A stretch of 64,000 bases of DNA from Candidatus Hermodarchaeum yapensis (GTDB taxonomy: Archaea > Asgardarchaeota > Hermodarchaeia > Hermodarchaeales > Hermodarchaeaceae), in the NCBI GenBank assembly GCA_016840405.1, contig JAEOSK010000009.1:1-64000 (forward strand), read 5' to 3'. A program made the translations under genes and the position numbers. Positions 9,749 through 19,832 of the stretch are shown piece after piece. The notes under the pieces are model-generated. The model searched no databases. It saw only the letters and a program-made list of their open reading frames with translations, and had not been told where the DNA came from. Every line of letters begins with the position of its first letter. Positions within the stretch are counted from its first letter, which is position 1.

Positions 9749-10339
9749 TTGTTAATAGATTGGAGTCAACATATTATTCAAACAAAGATTGTTTATTATG
9801 GACCAGCGATGAGTGGAAAAACCGAGAGCATACGTGCCCTCTTTAAGCATCTCAATATTTTATCTCGGCTTGAATCAATTGAGACAACATCAGGTCGTAC
9901 CCTCTTTTTTGATTACGGACCGATTGAACTTGTCCATGGTGATTGGATTATTCAGATTCATATTTGGTCTGCAACCGGACAGGACTACTATGCAGAAACC
10001 CGTTCTACTGTTTTAGCAGGAACAGATGGTATTGTATTTGTTGCCGATTCTAACCCGAGTTTGATACATGAAAATTTACGATGTTGGGAGGAACTGAAAG
10101 GGTTTTTTGGACCACAACTTTCAACAAATATTCCCGTAGTTTTCGCTTTGAATAAACGTGATTTGTGGCCGGCTATCAATCAGTTTGATTTTGTAAATGC
10201 CTTGGAGTTGAATGGGACCTCTCTAATCTTTGAAACAGTTGCTACACAAGGAACGTTCGTCATTGAAGTTTTACAAGAGATGTTACGAAACATTTTGCTG
10301 GGCTCGAATCTTGCACAACCCAAAAAGATAGGTACATAG
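9749..10339 (+). CDS. MglA-like small GTPase
   Basis: KIVYYGPAMSGKT, GRTLFFDY, ATGQ, NKRD. Confidence 0.88.
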   Translation: MLIDWSQHIIQTKIVYYGPAMSGKTESIRALFKHLNILSRLESIETTSGRTLFFDYGPIELVHGDWIIQIHIWSATGQDYYAETRSTVLAGTDGIVFVADSNPSLIHENLRCWEELKGFFGPQLSTNIPVVFALNKRDLWPAINQFDFVNALELNGTSLIFETVATQGTFVIEVLQEMLRNILLGSNLAQPKKIGT

Positions 10340-10378
10340 GTCAGCATTTCAAATTATCTCAAATAGGAGATTTTCGAA

Positions 10379-11257
10379 ATGCGCGCTTCTGAGCTAGAGG
10401 ATGTTTTTGTTACGTTATTACGCCTGGCTGTTACTGATTTACCTCAGGATGTAGTAAACAGTTTAGAACAAGCATTGAAGTTAGAAAGTAACTCCACGGC
10501 GCAGAGCCAACTTGAAGCGATAATTGAAAACATCAAACTTGCTCGTCAACGTTCAATTCCAATGTGCCAAGATACCGGAATCCAGATTTTCTATTTAACA
10601 GTCGGATCAAAATTTCCACTGATTAGTGAAATTCCTCAAATACTCGAAAATGCAGTCAGAAAAGGAACCCAAGAAATCCCATTGAGACCAAACACCGTAA
10701 ATCCGTTGTTTCACAAAAACCCTGGTGACAATACCGGTCGATATATTCCTTGGATTAATTGGAAGATTGTAAAAGGGAATGACCTGCAAATAACTGCCTT
10801 CCCTAAAGGTGGGGGGTCGGAAAATGTTTGTCAGTTGAGAATGCTCACCCCAGGTCAAGGTTTGAAGGGAATGAAACAGTTTGTGATTGACGCGGTTATT
10901 GAAACAGGAGCGAAAGCTTGCCCTCCCATAATAATTGGTATTGGAATTGGCGGAGGTGCGGATATTTGTATGAAGCTTGCAAAAGAACAGCTCCTGCGTC
11001 CTGTTGGGCAACGCCATCCTGACCAAAGGATTGCAGACATGGAAGAAGAGTTGTTGGAGGCTATTAATAAAACTGGAATCGGACCAATGGGCTTGGGTGG
11101 AGATACAACGAGTTTGGATGTGCATATTGATTTCGCTATGCGACATCCAGCTTCATTTCCAGTGGGTTTAGCTGTGCAATGTTGGGCTGCAAGGCGCGCA
11201 TCAGCAACGATTACTAGTGAGGGAAGAGTCGAATTTACTTCACACAGAGTTGAGTAA
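10379..11257 (+). CDS. Class I fumarate hydratase alpha subunit
   Basis: CQDTG, KGGGSEN, CPP and CWAAR motifs. Confidence 0.92.
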   Translation: MRASELEDVFVTLLRLAVTDLPQDVVNSLEQALKLESNSTAQSQLEAIIENIKLARQRSIPMCQDTGIQIFYLTVGSKFPLISEIPQILENAVRKGTQEIPLRPNTVNPLFHKNPGDNTGRYIPWINWKIVKGNDLQITAFPKGGGSENVCQLRMLTPGQGLKGMKQFVIDAVIETGAKACPPIIIGIGIGGGADICMKLAKEQLLRPVGQRHPDQRIADMEEELLEAINKTGIGPMGLGGDTTSLDVHIDFAMRHPASFPVGLAVQCWAARRASATITSEGRVEFTSHRVE

Positions 11258-11258
11258 G

Positions 11259-11858
11259 ATGCCAATATACGAACTAACCACACCGATTGCCGAAGATGAC
11301 GTTAGGAAACTCCGAGTCAATGATTTGATATACATTACAGGTACAATTTTTACAGCACGTGATGAAGCTCATGAACGGGCTTTGGAATGGTTCAAAGCAA
11401 ACAAGCCTTTGCCTATCGACCCAACTGGATTAGCGGTATTTCATTGTGGACCGATTGTGCGACAAATGAAAGAAGGATGGGAAATGATTGCAGCTGGACC
11501 TACTACTAGTACACGAATGGAGATGTTTGAGGATAAATTCATTGAAGCCTTTCAAGTTCGTGTAATTATTGGAAAAGGAGGCATGGGTTCCAAAACCGCA
11601 ACAGCAATGAAAAAAGTTGGAGCCGTTTATGGTGCGTTTACAGGAGGTGCAGCTGTTTTAGCCGCAAAAGCCGTTCGCCGCATCACAGATGTTGCTTGGC
11701 TCGATCTTGGAATGCCTGAAGCTCTTTGGATAATGGAAGTCGAGCGATTTGGCCCGTTAATTGTTGCAATTGACGCTACTGGTGAGAACCTTTTTGAACG
11801 TGTACAAACATCTGTCGAAAAAAACCGTGAAAAAGCTTACAAACTAGCTGGCATCTAA
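11259..11858 (+). CDS. Class I fumarate hydratase beta subunit
   Basis: TARDEAH, GPTTSTRM, GKGG and LGMPEA motifs. Confidence 0.92.
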   Translation: MPIYELTTPIAEDDVRKLRVNDLIYITGTIFTARDEAHERALEWFKANKPLPIDPTGLAVFHCGPIVRQMKEGWEMIAAGPTTSTRMEMFEDKFIEAFQVRVIIGKGGMGSKTATAMKKVGAVYGAFTGGAAVLAAKAVRRITDVAWLDLGMPEALWIMEVERFGPLIVAIDATGENLFERVQTSVEKNREKAYKLAGI

Positions 11859-11864
11859 ACCATA

Positions 11865-13433
11865 CTATTTCAAACTTTCACCACGATATGACGCCGCCAT
11901 GAGATCGGTAATATTCATCACTTTGATATCCGAACCTGCCTTCTTTACCGCATCTAATAGCTGGATGAAACAAAAAGAACAGCTAGTTGCTATCACATCT
12001 GGTTTTGCTGCACTAAGAATGTCAAATTTAATTCCCGCGATTTCTTCAGAAAGCTCTCTGCGACCTGCTCGCACTCCTCCACCAGCCCCACAACATCGAT
12101 CACTGTCTTCAACATCAATAAATTCAATACCAGGAATCATGCGAAGAAGCCTTCGAGGTTCCTCACTAATTCCTTGATGCCGGTTCAAATGACAAGGATC
12201 ATGATAAACCACCCTAATTGGCAGAGGTTTTAGATCCTTTTGGTTAATTTGTTCAAGCCCAACTTCTCTGACTAAATACTCAGTTATGTCGAAGGGTTCG
12301 AAGTCATAAGGGGGTTTATTTTTCTCGTGGAGAACAATCGGCCAATCCTGTTTAATAGTTGACATACATCCAGGACAAAGACCAATCACTTTTTTGACGC
12401 CCCTTTCTGCGAAGGATTTAGTATTTCGGAGAACCATATCATGAGCAACAGTTCGTGCTCCTGTTCGAAAAGCAACACTGCAGCAACAAACAAAATCCTT
12501 AGGAATGTGTACTCGTACATTGTTGCGTTTCAAGACTTCAACTACATTTAGTCCTACTTGTTGAATTCTCAAATTGATTAGACAACCTGGGAAAAAAAGT
12601 ACCTCATCAATTGGGTTATCAACTTCGATAACTTCAGATAGCAGGTCAGTAAGAGGAGGGGTCTTCACATCAACAGCGTATCCTGTGTCTTCAATTTGTG
12701 AAATAAAGCCTTCATGTCCTTCTAAAGGACCCAATTCACGCTCAACAGCAAGAGCCCGTAGGCCTTCTACTGCTTTTCGTCGAGTATCTATGTGTTTGGG
12801 GATGCAGACCTCCTTACATATTCCACAGCTGGTGCAATCATAAACCCCGCTACTAACTGCCATTTGAACTCGATCACCTTGATCACGAGGGTCAAATTCA
12901 AAGCTTGCCAGTTCACGCATTGCAATAGGACCAGGAAATTCTTGTTTTGCAGACTCGACAGCTGGGCAAGCGGCATAACAGGAGAAACATTCGATGCATG
13001 CTCGTAATTCCATTGCAGATGAAATTTCCTCGCGTGTTAGTATTTCTGGGCGACCAGGCGCAGAGGTTCGTTCAAGGTAAGGACGGAGTTTTTCAATGCG
13101 TCTAAAACCAGGTCCGAGATCTACAACAAGATCTCGGATTATTGGAAATTTAGGTAGTGGTTCTAGCACATAGTTATTGTTAGGATCGACCACTGTACGA
13201 CATGCAAGTCCTGGTACCCCATTGATGTTAATGGCACAAGATCCGCATTGTCCAGTTCTACAATTCCAACGGTAGGCTAGAGAGGAATCAAGATTTCGGA
13301 AGATATAATGTAGCGCATCTAAGACGCCCTGACGATCTGTATAAGGAACTTTATAGGTGACGAATTTCGGTTCATCATCTAAATCTGGATTATATCGTTG
13401 GATTCGAAATTTCACAACTTGGTTTTTTGGCAT
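11865..13433 (-). CDS. tfrB: Thiol:fumarate reductase subunit B (Fe-S domain fused to CCG domains)
   Basis: 2Fe-2S motif CRTGQCGSC, two 4Fe-4S motifs, HdrD-type CCG domains. Confidence 0.85.
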   Translation of the reverse strand: MPKNQVVKFRIQRYNPDLDDEPKFVTYKVPYTDRQGVLDALHYIFRNLDSSLAYRWNCRTGQCGSCAININGVPGLACRTVVDPNNNYVLEPLPKFPIIRDLVVDLGPGFRRIEKLRPYLERTSAPGRPEILTREEISSAMELRACIECFSCYAACPAVESAKQEFPGPIAMRELASFEFDPRDQGDRVQMAVSSGVYDCTSCGICKEVCIPKHIDTRRKAVEGLRALAVERELGPLEGHEGFISQIEDTGYAVDVKTPPLTDLLSEVIEVDNPIDEVLFFPGCLINLRIQQVGLNVVEVLKRNNVRVHIPKDFVCCCSVAFRTGARTVAHDMVLRNTKSFAERGVKKVIGLCPGCMSTIKQDWPIVLHEKNKPPYDFEPFDITEYLVREVGLEQINQKDLKPLPIRVVYHDPCHLNRHQGISEEPRRLLRMIPGIEFIDVEDSDRCCGAGGGVRAGRRELSEEIAGIKFDILSAAKPDVIATSCSFCFIQLLDAVKKAGSDIKVMNITDLMAASYRGESLK

Positions 13434-13453
13434 TAACTTTAGCCTCAAATTTC

Positions 13454-15160
13454 TTAATTCGTAACCCAAGGTGGCTGCCATTTTGTGACAATTATTTGTG
13501 TTTTTTTGAGTGCCATCAGACCCTTGCTTTGTGATATTATGATATTAGCAAACCATCTCTTATTATCTGGATTTGGATAATCAGTTCGATAATGTGCGCC
13601 TCTTGATTCCTTGCGGAGAAGCGCAGCTCGAACAATCATCTCTGCAACAAGTGTCATATCTTGTAGCTCTAGGGCACTGATCCACTCTGTATTATAGCGC
13701 GTGGTTTTATTACGAACAGAAAGTTTTGAAGCAATCTGTTCTTGTTGGTGTTTGATAAATTTGAGTGCTGCATTTAGGTCTTGTTCATTTCTGAATAACC
13801 CAGCTTTTTCCCACATTGTGCGTTGTAAACGCTCCGTTTCCTTAGAAGGAATTACGTCTTCCTCCCTTTCCAAGGGCGTCATAACGCGTGAATATTCTTC
13901 CTGAATGATTTTCCTATTAAGAACGGGAGTTGGTGCAGTTGCGGCATATTTTGAAGCGGAATCACCAGCAATTTTACCGAACACTTGACCAGCTGCTAAA
14001 GCATTACCACCTAGTCTGTTGCCACCGTGAACTCCTCCTGCTACTTCTCCTGCTGCGAAAAGACCTTGAAGGTTTGTGCCACAAGAACTATCGATTCTTA
14101 GTCCTCCCATTACATGGTGAGCAGTAGGAGTGACTTCCATTGGTTCTTTTCGAATATCAATACCGATATCAAGGAAGTCCTCTAACATTGTAGGAAGCCG
14201 TTCTTCAATTATTTTCGCAGGCAGAAATGAAACATCTAAATACACTGCTTGATTTTCCGTTCCTCGCCCTTCACGAATTTCAGTAGCTAATGATCTAGCA
14301 ACTTCATCACGTCCAGCAAGCTCCATTTGACGCGGGTTATATCGTTTCATAAACCGTTCGCCTTCTTTGTTCAGAAGAATGCCTCCCTCACCACGAACAC
14401 CTTCAGTCACTAATCGTCCACGAGCAGCCGGAGGAACAGCAGCTCCAGTTGGATGGAATTGAAATTGTTCCATATCAATTAACTCAACACCTGCTTTGTA
14501 AGCCATAGCATATCCACTACCAACATCTGCCTGAGCATTTGTAGTAACATCATAAATTCGTCCTGCACCGCCTGCAGCCATGACTATAGCGGGAGCCCTG
14601 AAAACTTGGAATTTTCCGGTTCGAATGTCTATAACTGAGACGCCAGCTATGCGCTTTTTATCGCGAAAAAGTGACGTGGCAAATACCTCGTCTATGATAT
14701 TAATATCACGTCTACGAAGTTCCTCGGTCAGAGTAGCTAAAACCTCATGCCCTGACCTATCTCCAGCGTAGCATGTTCGGCGAAAAGTTTGGTGCCCAAA
14801 AGGTCGTTGCATGATTAACCCATCAGGGGTTCGAGAAAAAATTGCCCCAAAATATTCAAGATCATATACACGTTGTGGCGCTTCATTCGCCAAGATTTCA
14901 GCAAGATTCTGATTGTTTAGGTAAGCTCCGGCCTTACAGGTATCATTTGCATGAATATCACATAAATCGTCAGGATCCAGATTAGCTAGCGCCGCGTTAA
15001 TTCCTCCTTCTGCCATTACCGTATGAGCTTTTCCAAGAATATCTTTGGTGATTATTGTGATTTCTTGATTAGAATCGGAGGCTGCAATGGCGGCACGACA
15101 TCCTGCGCCCCCCGCACCAATGACTAATACATCTGTTTCAATGATTTCGAAAGTCATCAT
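13454..15160 (-). CDS. tfrA: Fumarate reductase flavoprotein subunit
   Basis: GAGGAG, HTVMAEGG, QFHPT, HGGNRLGGN, ESRGAH. Confidence 0.88.
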   Translation of the reverse strand: MMTFEIIETDVLVIGAGGAGCRAAIAASDSNQEITIITKDILGKAHTVMAEGGINAALANLDPDDLCDIHANDTCKAGAYLNNQNLAEILANEAPQRVYDLEYFGAIFSRTPDGLIMQRPFGHQTFRRTCYAGDRSGHEVLATLTEELRRRDINIIDEVFATSLFRDKKRIAGVSVIDIRTGKFQVFRAPAIVMAAGGAGRIYDVTTNAQADVGSGYAMAYKAGVELIDMEQFQFHPTGAAVPPAARGRLVTEGVRGEGGILLNKEGERFMKRYNPRQMELAGRDEVARSLATEIREGRGTENQAVYLDVSFLPAKIIEERLPTMLEDFLDIGIDIRKEPMEVTPTAHHVMGGLRIDSSCGTNLQGLFAAGEVAGGVHGGNRLGGNALAAGQVFGKIAGDSASKYAATAPTPVLNRKIIQEEYSRVMTPLEREEDVIPSKETERLQRTMWEKAGLFRNEQDLNAALKFIKHQQEQIASKLSVRNKTTRYNTEWISALELQDMTLVAEMIVRAALLRKESRGAHYRTDYPNPDNKRWFANIIISQSKGLMALKKTQIIVTKWQPPWVTN

Positions 15161-15618
15161 GATTTCCTCAATTCATTAGCGATTTTACTGAGTTTTAGTG
15201 GAGAACTAATGATCTTCTCTTTGAAAGTAAATCTTGATTCTAAGGGTTGGATAAGCGTTTGCAACACCCAATCCGAAGCTTTGGTTTGTGCAACCGCATA
15301 ATCTTCAGCTTCAGTGTTTCGGTCTATACGCATGAAGAAATTGAAAGGTTCTTGTTTTGTACTTTCTTTCGAGATAGCCCAGAAGGATTTCCCGCCTTCA
15401 GGAACGTTAATTGCTCCTGTCAGTTCGTACCACTCTTCAATTCTAATTTTCCCTTGCTCCTCTCGATCAAGACGAGCTTTTGTCATCTGAACATTTCGTA
15501 GTTCCGATACGTTTTGTAAAAATTGGTATAACGTTTCACTTGACTTTTTTAAATCAAAATCAGAAGTAGTTAATTTTACATATAGATCTGTTCGAAATAA
15601 TGGCATTGAGTTGTACAC
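15157..15618 (-). CDS. Hypothetical protein
   Basis: 153-aa ORF overlapping the tfrA start by 4 nt. Confidence 0.7.
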   Translation of the reverse strand: MYNSMPLFRTDLYVKLTTSDFDLKKSSETLYQFLQNVSELRNVQMTKARLDREEQGKIRIEEWYELTGAINVPEGGKSFWAISKESTKQEPFNFFMRIDRNTEAEDYAVAQTKASDWVLQTLIQPLESRFTFKEKIISSPLKLSKIANELRKS

Positions 15619-15760
15619 CTTCTGTGGAGTCTCAGCAGCGGCAAAGTCTTAGAATGTATTAAACTTTACTCATTTTGTTGAATTGAAGCAGTGGATTGTA
15701 GATTAGAAATTTCGTTTTACGAGTTTTTATCACCTGATTTCTAAATTCCTTACGAGAACG

Positions 15761-17197
15761 ATGAGGATTCCTATAGCTAAGAAATATGAGCAGTCGATTT
15801 CAACAATATTTAGTTGCCTCAGTGTCAGCTTTTTCCTGCTTCTTATTCAACGATTTCTGTTTCTTGAGAACGCCATTAGAAACATACTCGTACTGCTAAT
15901 TATTTTCGTTTCATCAATTCTTGTTGTTAGAGTATTCTATTTTGAAAGAACGAACGAAGTCTTTGACCTAACTAACCCAACAATTTTTGAAACGGGTCTC
16001 CTAGTCTTTCAATCTCAACAAAATCGCTGTGCGGTCTTTTTTACATTTCACATATCGTCATGGAAACTGAAAAAAATACTAGCACAACGAACTCTAGCCA
16101 TACTACTCAAAATCTTGCCTGTTTCAACGATCGTAGCCCTTGAATGGACAACAAAAAGACAGTGTTTCATAAATTTCTACATCAAACTAGAGAAGTCTTC
16201 CTTCCTTACTCGAACCAGAGAGTTGGTTGATAACATAGACAGTAGTTTCAAAAAGATACTTGGAACTCCTTATGTTCACAAACTGAATGCCGAAGAATTG
16301 ATGAGGCATTTTTCTCTGGGAATTCCGGGGATTATTCGTCAAATTCAGGGGAAAGGGAAATATTTCATTAATGTACGAACAGATGTTACAGCAGAAAAAA
16401 GAGTGTTATCCCTAATTACTCCGGTGAACCGTGACACAATTAACCGGATTTTCACTGAATTTCCTTCTCAAATTACGAGGTTAATTTTACCAATACAACG
16501 CAAAGATAAGAATTTACAGATAGCTGAATCTTTTGTGATGATTTCAGATGAACCACCTAATAATAGGCGTTACAAACATTTTCAACAAAATGAAATTTCA
16601 CTGAATATACTTCATGCATCAAAATTACTGCGAACATTTGGTGATATATTATCCAGAAATATGATTCAAGATAATTACGAAATATCAGATTTCAAGAACG
16701 CCGTCGATTTCATTTTAAATATTGTCCCAAGAGCTCACCAACGTGAACTAGAGAAAAAACCACCAACTGAGCAAAAACCGCCCATAACTCCTCAGTATAT
16801 AAACCCTTCAACATGGAGGGAATTATTAATTCAATTCTGTACCGACCTAGAACTTTCCTGTGCAATCAATCCCCTTATTCATTTTGACAAAATCCCAATA
16901 AGATTTGATGCAAAAGTTTGTGAAAAAGCGTTTTTCATCGTGTCTCACACCAATGATCAGCAGCTAAGATGGCTAATCAACACATGGACGAAACTACATG
17001 AACCCAACGAGCAAAATGAAATTATTTTCTTAATCACTGAAGGCTCACAGAAGACTATAATAGAAGACATAGTCTCACCAACTTCGAAATCCCACCACCT
17101 CACTATTATTTCCACAGAGCAAGAGTTAAGAAAACAGTTAGAAAAACTTAAGAATCGAATTCTTACCGAAGGGGAAGCAGTAAACCAAGTTACTTAG
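15761..17197 (+). CDS. Hypothetical membrane-anchored protein
   Basis: Two N-terminal TM helices; 478-aa ORF. Confidence 0.7.
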   Translation: MRIPIAKKYEQSISTIFSCLSVSFFLLLIQRFLFLENAIRNILVLLIIFVSSILVVRVFYFERTNEVFDLTNPTIFETGLLVFQSQQNRCAVFFTFHISSWKLKKILAQRTLAILLKILPVSTIVALEWTTKRQCFINFYIKLEKSSFLTRTRELVDNIDSSFKKILGTPYVHKLNAEELMRHFSLGIPGIIRQIQGKGKYFINVRTDVTAEKRVLSLITPVNRDTINRIFTEFPSQITRLILPIQRKDKNLQIAESFVMISDEPPNNRRYKHFQQNEISLNILHASKLLRTFGDILSRNMIQDNYEISDFKNAVDFILNIVPRAHQRELEKKPPTEQKPPITPQYINPSTWRELLIQFCTDLELSCAINPLIHFDKIPIRFDAKVCEKAFFIVSHTNDQQLRWLINTWTKLHEPNEQNEIIFLITEGSQKTIIEDIVSPTSKSHHLTIISTEQELRKQLEKLKNRILTEGEAVNQVT

Positions 17198-17244
17198 AAA
17201 ATTCTTTATAGGCTTTCTGACTTCCTTCAGAGAAGGTATTTCAA

Positions 17245-17544
17245 ATGGTTAAGAAGAATAAACCCATTTCAAAGCAATCCTCCAAGGGCGAAAAAAAGAA
17301 AGAAGAGACAAAGAGCCGTCACGAAGCCGTAAGACGTGAACTCGTGATCAGTGAAGACCAAAAACAGGAAATGGAAAAAGAAATTCCTACAATGCGTGTG
17401 ATTACACCTAGTGCAATTGCCCAAAAATATGGAGTCCGCGTTAGCATTGCAAAGGCGGTATTAACAGAGTTAGAATCAAAGGGACTAATTCGTCAAGTGA
17501 TCTCTGAAGGAAAATTCAAGTTATATTCTAAAACATCAGCCTAG
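17245..17544 (+). CDS. rps25e: 30S ribosomal protein eS25
   Basis: Lys-rich N-terminus; 'VITPSAIAQKYGVRVSIAKAVLTELESKGLI' wHTH. Confidence 0.9.
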   Translation: MVKKNKPISKQSSKGEKKKEETKSRHEAVRRELVISEDQKQEMEKEIPTMRVITPSAIAQKYGVRVSIAKAVLTELESKGLIRQVISEGKFKLYSKTSA

Positions 17545-17559
17545 CAAAGAGGTATCTAC

Positions 17560-17949
17560 ATGAATGCCTCTACACTCACACCTAAAATCCCTTTAGAAAT
17601 CATAATCAATAATGATATCAAACTTGAGGGAGAGCTACAAAGCATCCTATCCCCTCGAACTATTGACCGGATAGTTCCAAAACTTCCTATCGCCAGCCGA
17701 ATACACCTTTGGAAAAAGGAACTGTACTTTGAAATAGGAATTCGTATGGGATCTGAAAAGTCTGTTTCCACCTGCAACGCAGGTGACATCGTATATTGGC
17801 CCCAAGGTGATGCGGTTTGTCTCTTTTTTGAAGAAATGACGCCATTTAACAAAGTCAATCCATTAGGTCAATTTGAAACGGTTAATTTTGAAAGTGTATT
17901 TAACAAAATTCAATCCGGAATGCCAGTAGTGCTTCGAAAACGGGTTTAA
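17560..17949 (+). CDS. Cyclophilin-like fold protein
   Basis: 'WKKELYF' and 'GDIVYWPQGDAVCLFF' motifs. Confidence 0.75.
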   Translation: MNASTLTPKIPLEIIINNDIKLEGELQSILSPRTIDRIVPKLPIASRIHLWKKELYFEIGIRMGSEKSVSTCNAGDIVYWPQGDAVCLFFEEMTPFNKVNPLGQFETVNFESVFNKIQSGMPVVLRKRV

Positions 17950-18044
17950 CCCATATAAAACTCTGTTTTGCTTCTGAACATTGCGTGTGATTGATTGTAG
18001 AATTTGAGGGGTTTTTAATTTCCCTTCTTAAGAAAGAAAATAGC

Positions 18045-19727
18045 ATGAAACACAAAACACCAGTAATTTCATTATTCATGATTCTACTATTATCCACTTC
18101 GATTTCATTTTGTAATTTGGTGCTAACTCAAGATTGTTTCACACAGATAGTCTCTCTTAGTATAAACAAACCATCACTGGAAATTGGTGAAGTCCTTCAA
18201 GTTCATATTGTATATGATTTGTATTATGATCCTTTAGATCCTCTTGGAATAGGCTCTGTGAGTATCACAATTGGTATCCAAGGCGAAATCGATTTTATTA
18301 CACAATATGAGTTTTCGGACGCAGGTTTCAACATAAACAAAGTGATCACAATGGATATTTCTCCCCCTCACTGGGCACCTAATGGAACTGGACAAATAGG
18401 AATCGTCAGAGTGGAGGCATGGGTACAAGATTCTTTTGGAGCAATGACTGACTCCGTTGAGCACCCATTTACAGTGTTGCGAAGCGCGCTCATCATTGAC
18501 CTTACACCTCTCCCACCAACAATATTCTACCATGAAATAATCAATCTTTCAGGTTCTCTTCATAATCCCAATAATGCTTCAATCCCCATTCCCAATCACA
18601 GAATTGATATTGTGATATTTCAAGAAACCCAAATTATCCAATCATATTTACAAAACACTACACTGCAATCAAGTTTCACTCAAAGTATTGACACTGAACT
18701 TATCGGTACTGGCAGATTCAATTGTAACATTACTGCACAGGCAAATGATGACTATGCACAAGAAAAGACTTCTTTTTCCTTCTTTGTGTCCAACGGTAAT
18801 CTCACACTGTCTATAACATCAAACGCGTCAGTAATACAAACTTACTACCCGTTAATGAATAATTGCTCAGTATTGGTGTCTGCAACTCTTAATTGCCAAT
18901 TAGTTAGCCACAGCGTCGATGATGCTAATGTAACCTGCAGTTTTGGTAATTCGACAAAACCAATGAGTTACCTTGGGCAAAACCAATTTTTTGCTGTTCT
19001 AACTGCACCTTACTATCCTGGTAATTATTCAATCACTGTTCTAGCTTCCCTTCCTAATCATAATCCCATTAACAACTCAATACTAATCCAAGTTGTACAA
19101 CGGAAAGCACTCATCCAGTTGAGATCAAACTGTTCATTGGCTGCATATGGTGATACTATTCAATTGACAATACATGCAATTGATGAGACTACACAGATTC
19201 CTCTCACCAACAAAATCTGCTCCGTTTTCTTTCTTAATCAATCAATTTGGAATTTACTGGCACAATTGATGTTAGATGAAAATGGAATTGCTGAATTATA
19301 TTGGCAAGCACAAAATGTAGGTGATCAAGATTTCATCTTCAAGACAACGCTCAATGGGGATCCTGAGTATGCAACTGAAGAAATTAAACACACTGTAATA
19401 AACACTCATGAATTTCGATTCTTTCTCAACACCTCAATCAATGCTGTTCGTCAAAGTATTACGAACTATTCAATTCAAATCACTACCTTGGATTTCCAAC
19501 CACTTTCAAATATCAATGTAAGCTTGATTGAAATCTTGACCAACATATCATGGTGCACTATCACTACAAATGCTTCAGGATCCGCAATTCTATCCTGGTA
19601 CATCGATAGTCAATATGACCTTGGAATTCATGAATTCCTATTAACCGCACAAGACGAGTCCGTTCCGATTGGTTCAATTCCAATCACGATGGTAATATTT
19701 GAACAAACAATTTTGGAAATAGTGTAA
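18045..19727 (+). CDS. Secreted beta-rich (Ig-like repeat) surface glycoprotein
   Basis: Signal peptide, many NxS/T sequons, 'TTNASG.A' Ig-like motifs. Confidence 0.7.
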   Translation: MKHKTPVISLFMILLLSTSISFCNLVLTQDCFTQIVSLSINKPSLEIGEVLQVHIVYDLYYDPLDPLGIGSVSITIGIQGEIDFITQYEFSDAGFNINKVITMDISPPHWAPNGTGQIGIVRVEAWVQDSFGAMTDSVEHPFTVLRSALIIDLTPLPPTIFYHEIINLSGSLHNPNNASIPIPNHRIDIVIFQETQIIQSYLQNTTLQSSFTQSIDTELIGTGRFNCNITAQANDDYAQEKTSFSFFVSNGNLTLSITSNASVIQTYYPLMNNCSVLVSATLNCQLVSHSVDDANVTCSFGNSTKPMSYLGQNQFFAVLTAPYYPGNYSITVLASLPNHNPINNSILIQVVQRKALIQLRSNCSLAAYGDTIQLTIHAIDETTQIPLTNKICSVFFLNQSIWNLLAQLMLDENGIAELYWQAQNVGDQDFIFKTTLNGDPEYATEEIKHTVINTHEFRFFLNTSINAVRQSITNYSIQITTLDFQPLSNINVSLIEILTNISWCTITTNASGSAILSWYIDSQYDLGIHEFLLTAQDESVPIGSIPITMVIFEQTILEIV

Positions 19728-19832
19728 TCTCTTGAAAAGGTTTAATCTGAGAGTAGCTACACTTGTAAGAGAACAGGAAGTAATCGTTACTTCAATATCT
19801 ACATGGTTAGCATAATCGGAGCGTAACAACCC

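Noticed and set aside
11217-11258. Possible frameshift fusion of fumarase alpha and beta
   Set aside because: No slippery heptamer or hairpin; ATG 11259 directly follows the alpha stop, consistent with ordinary translational coupling
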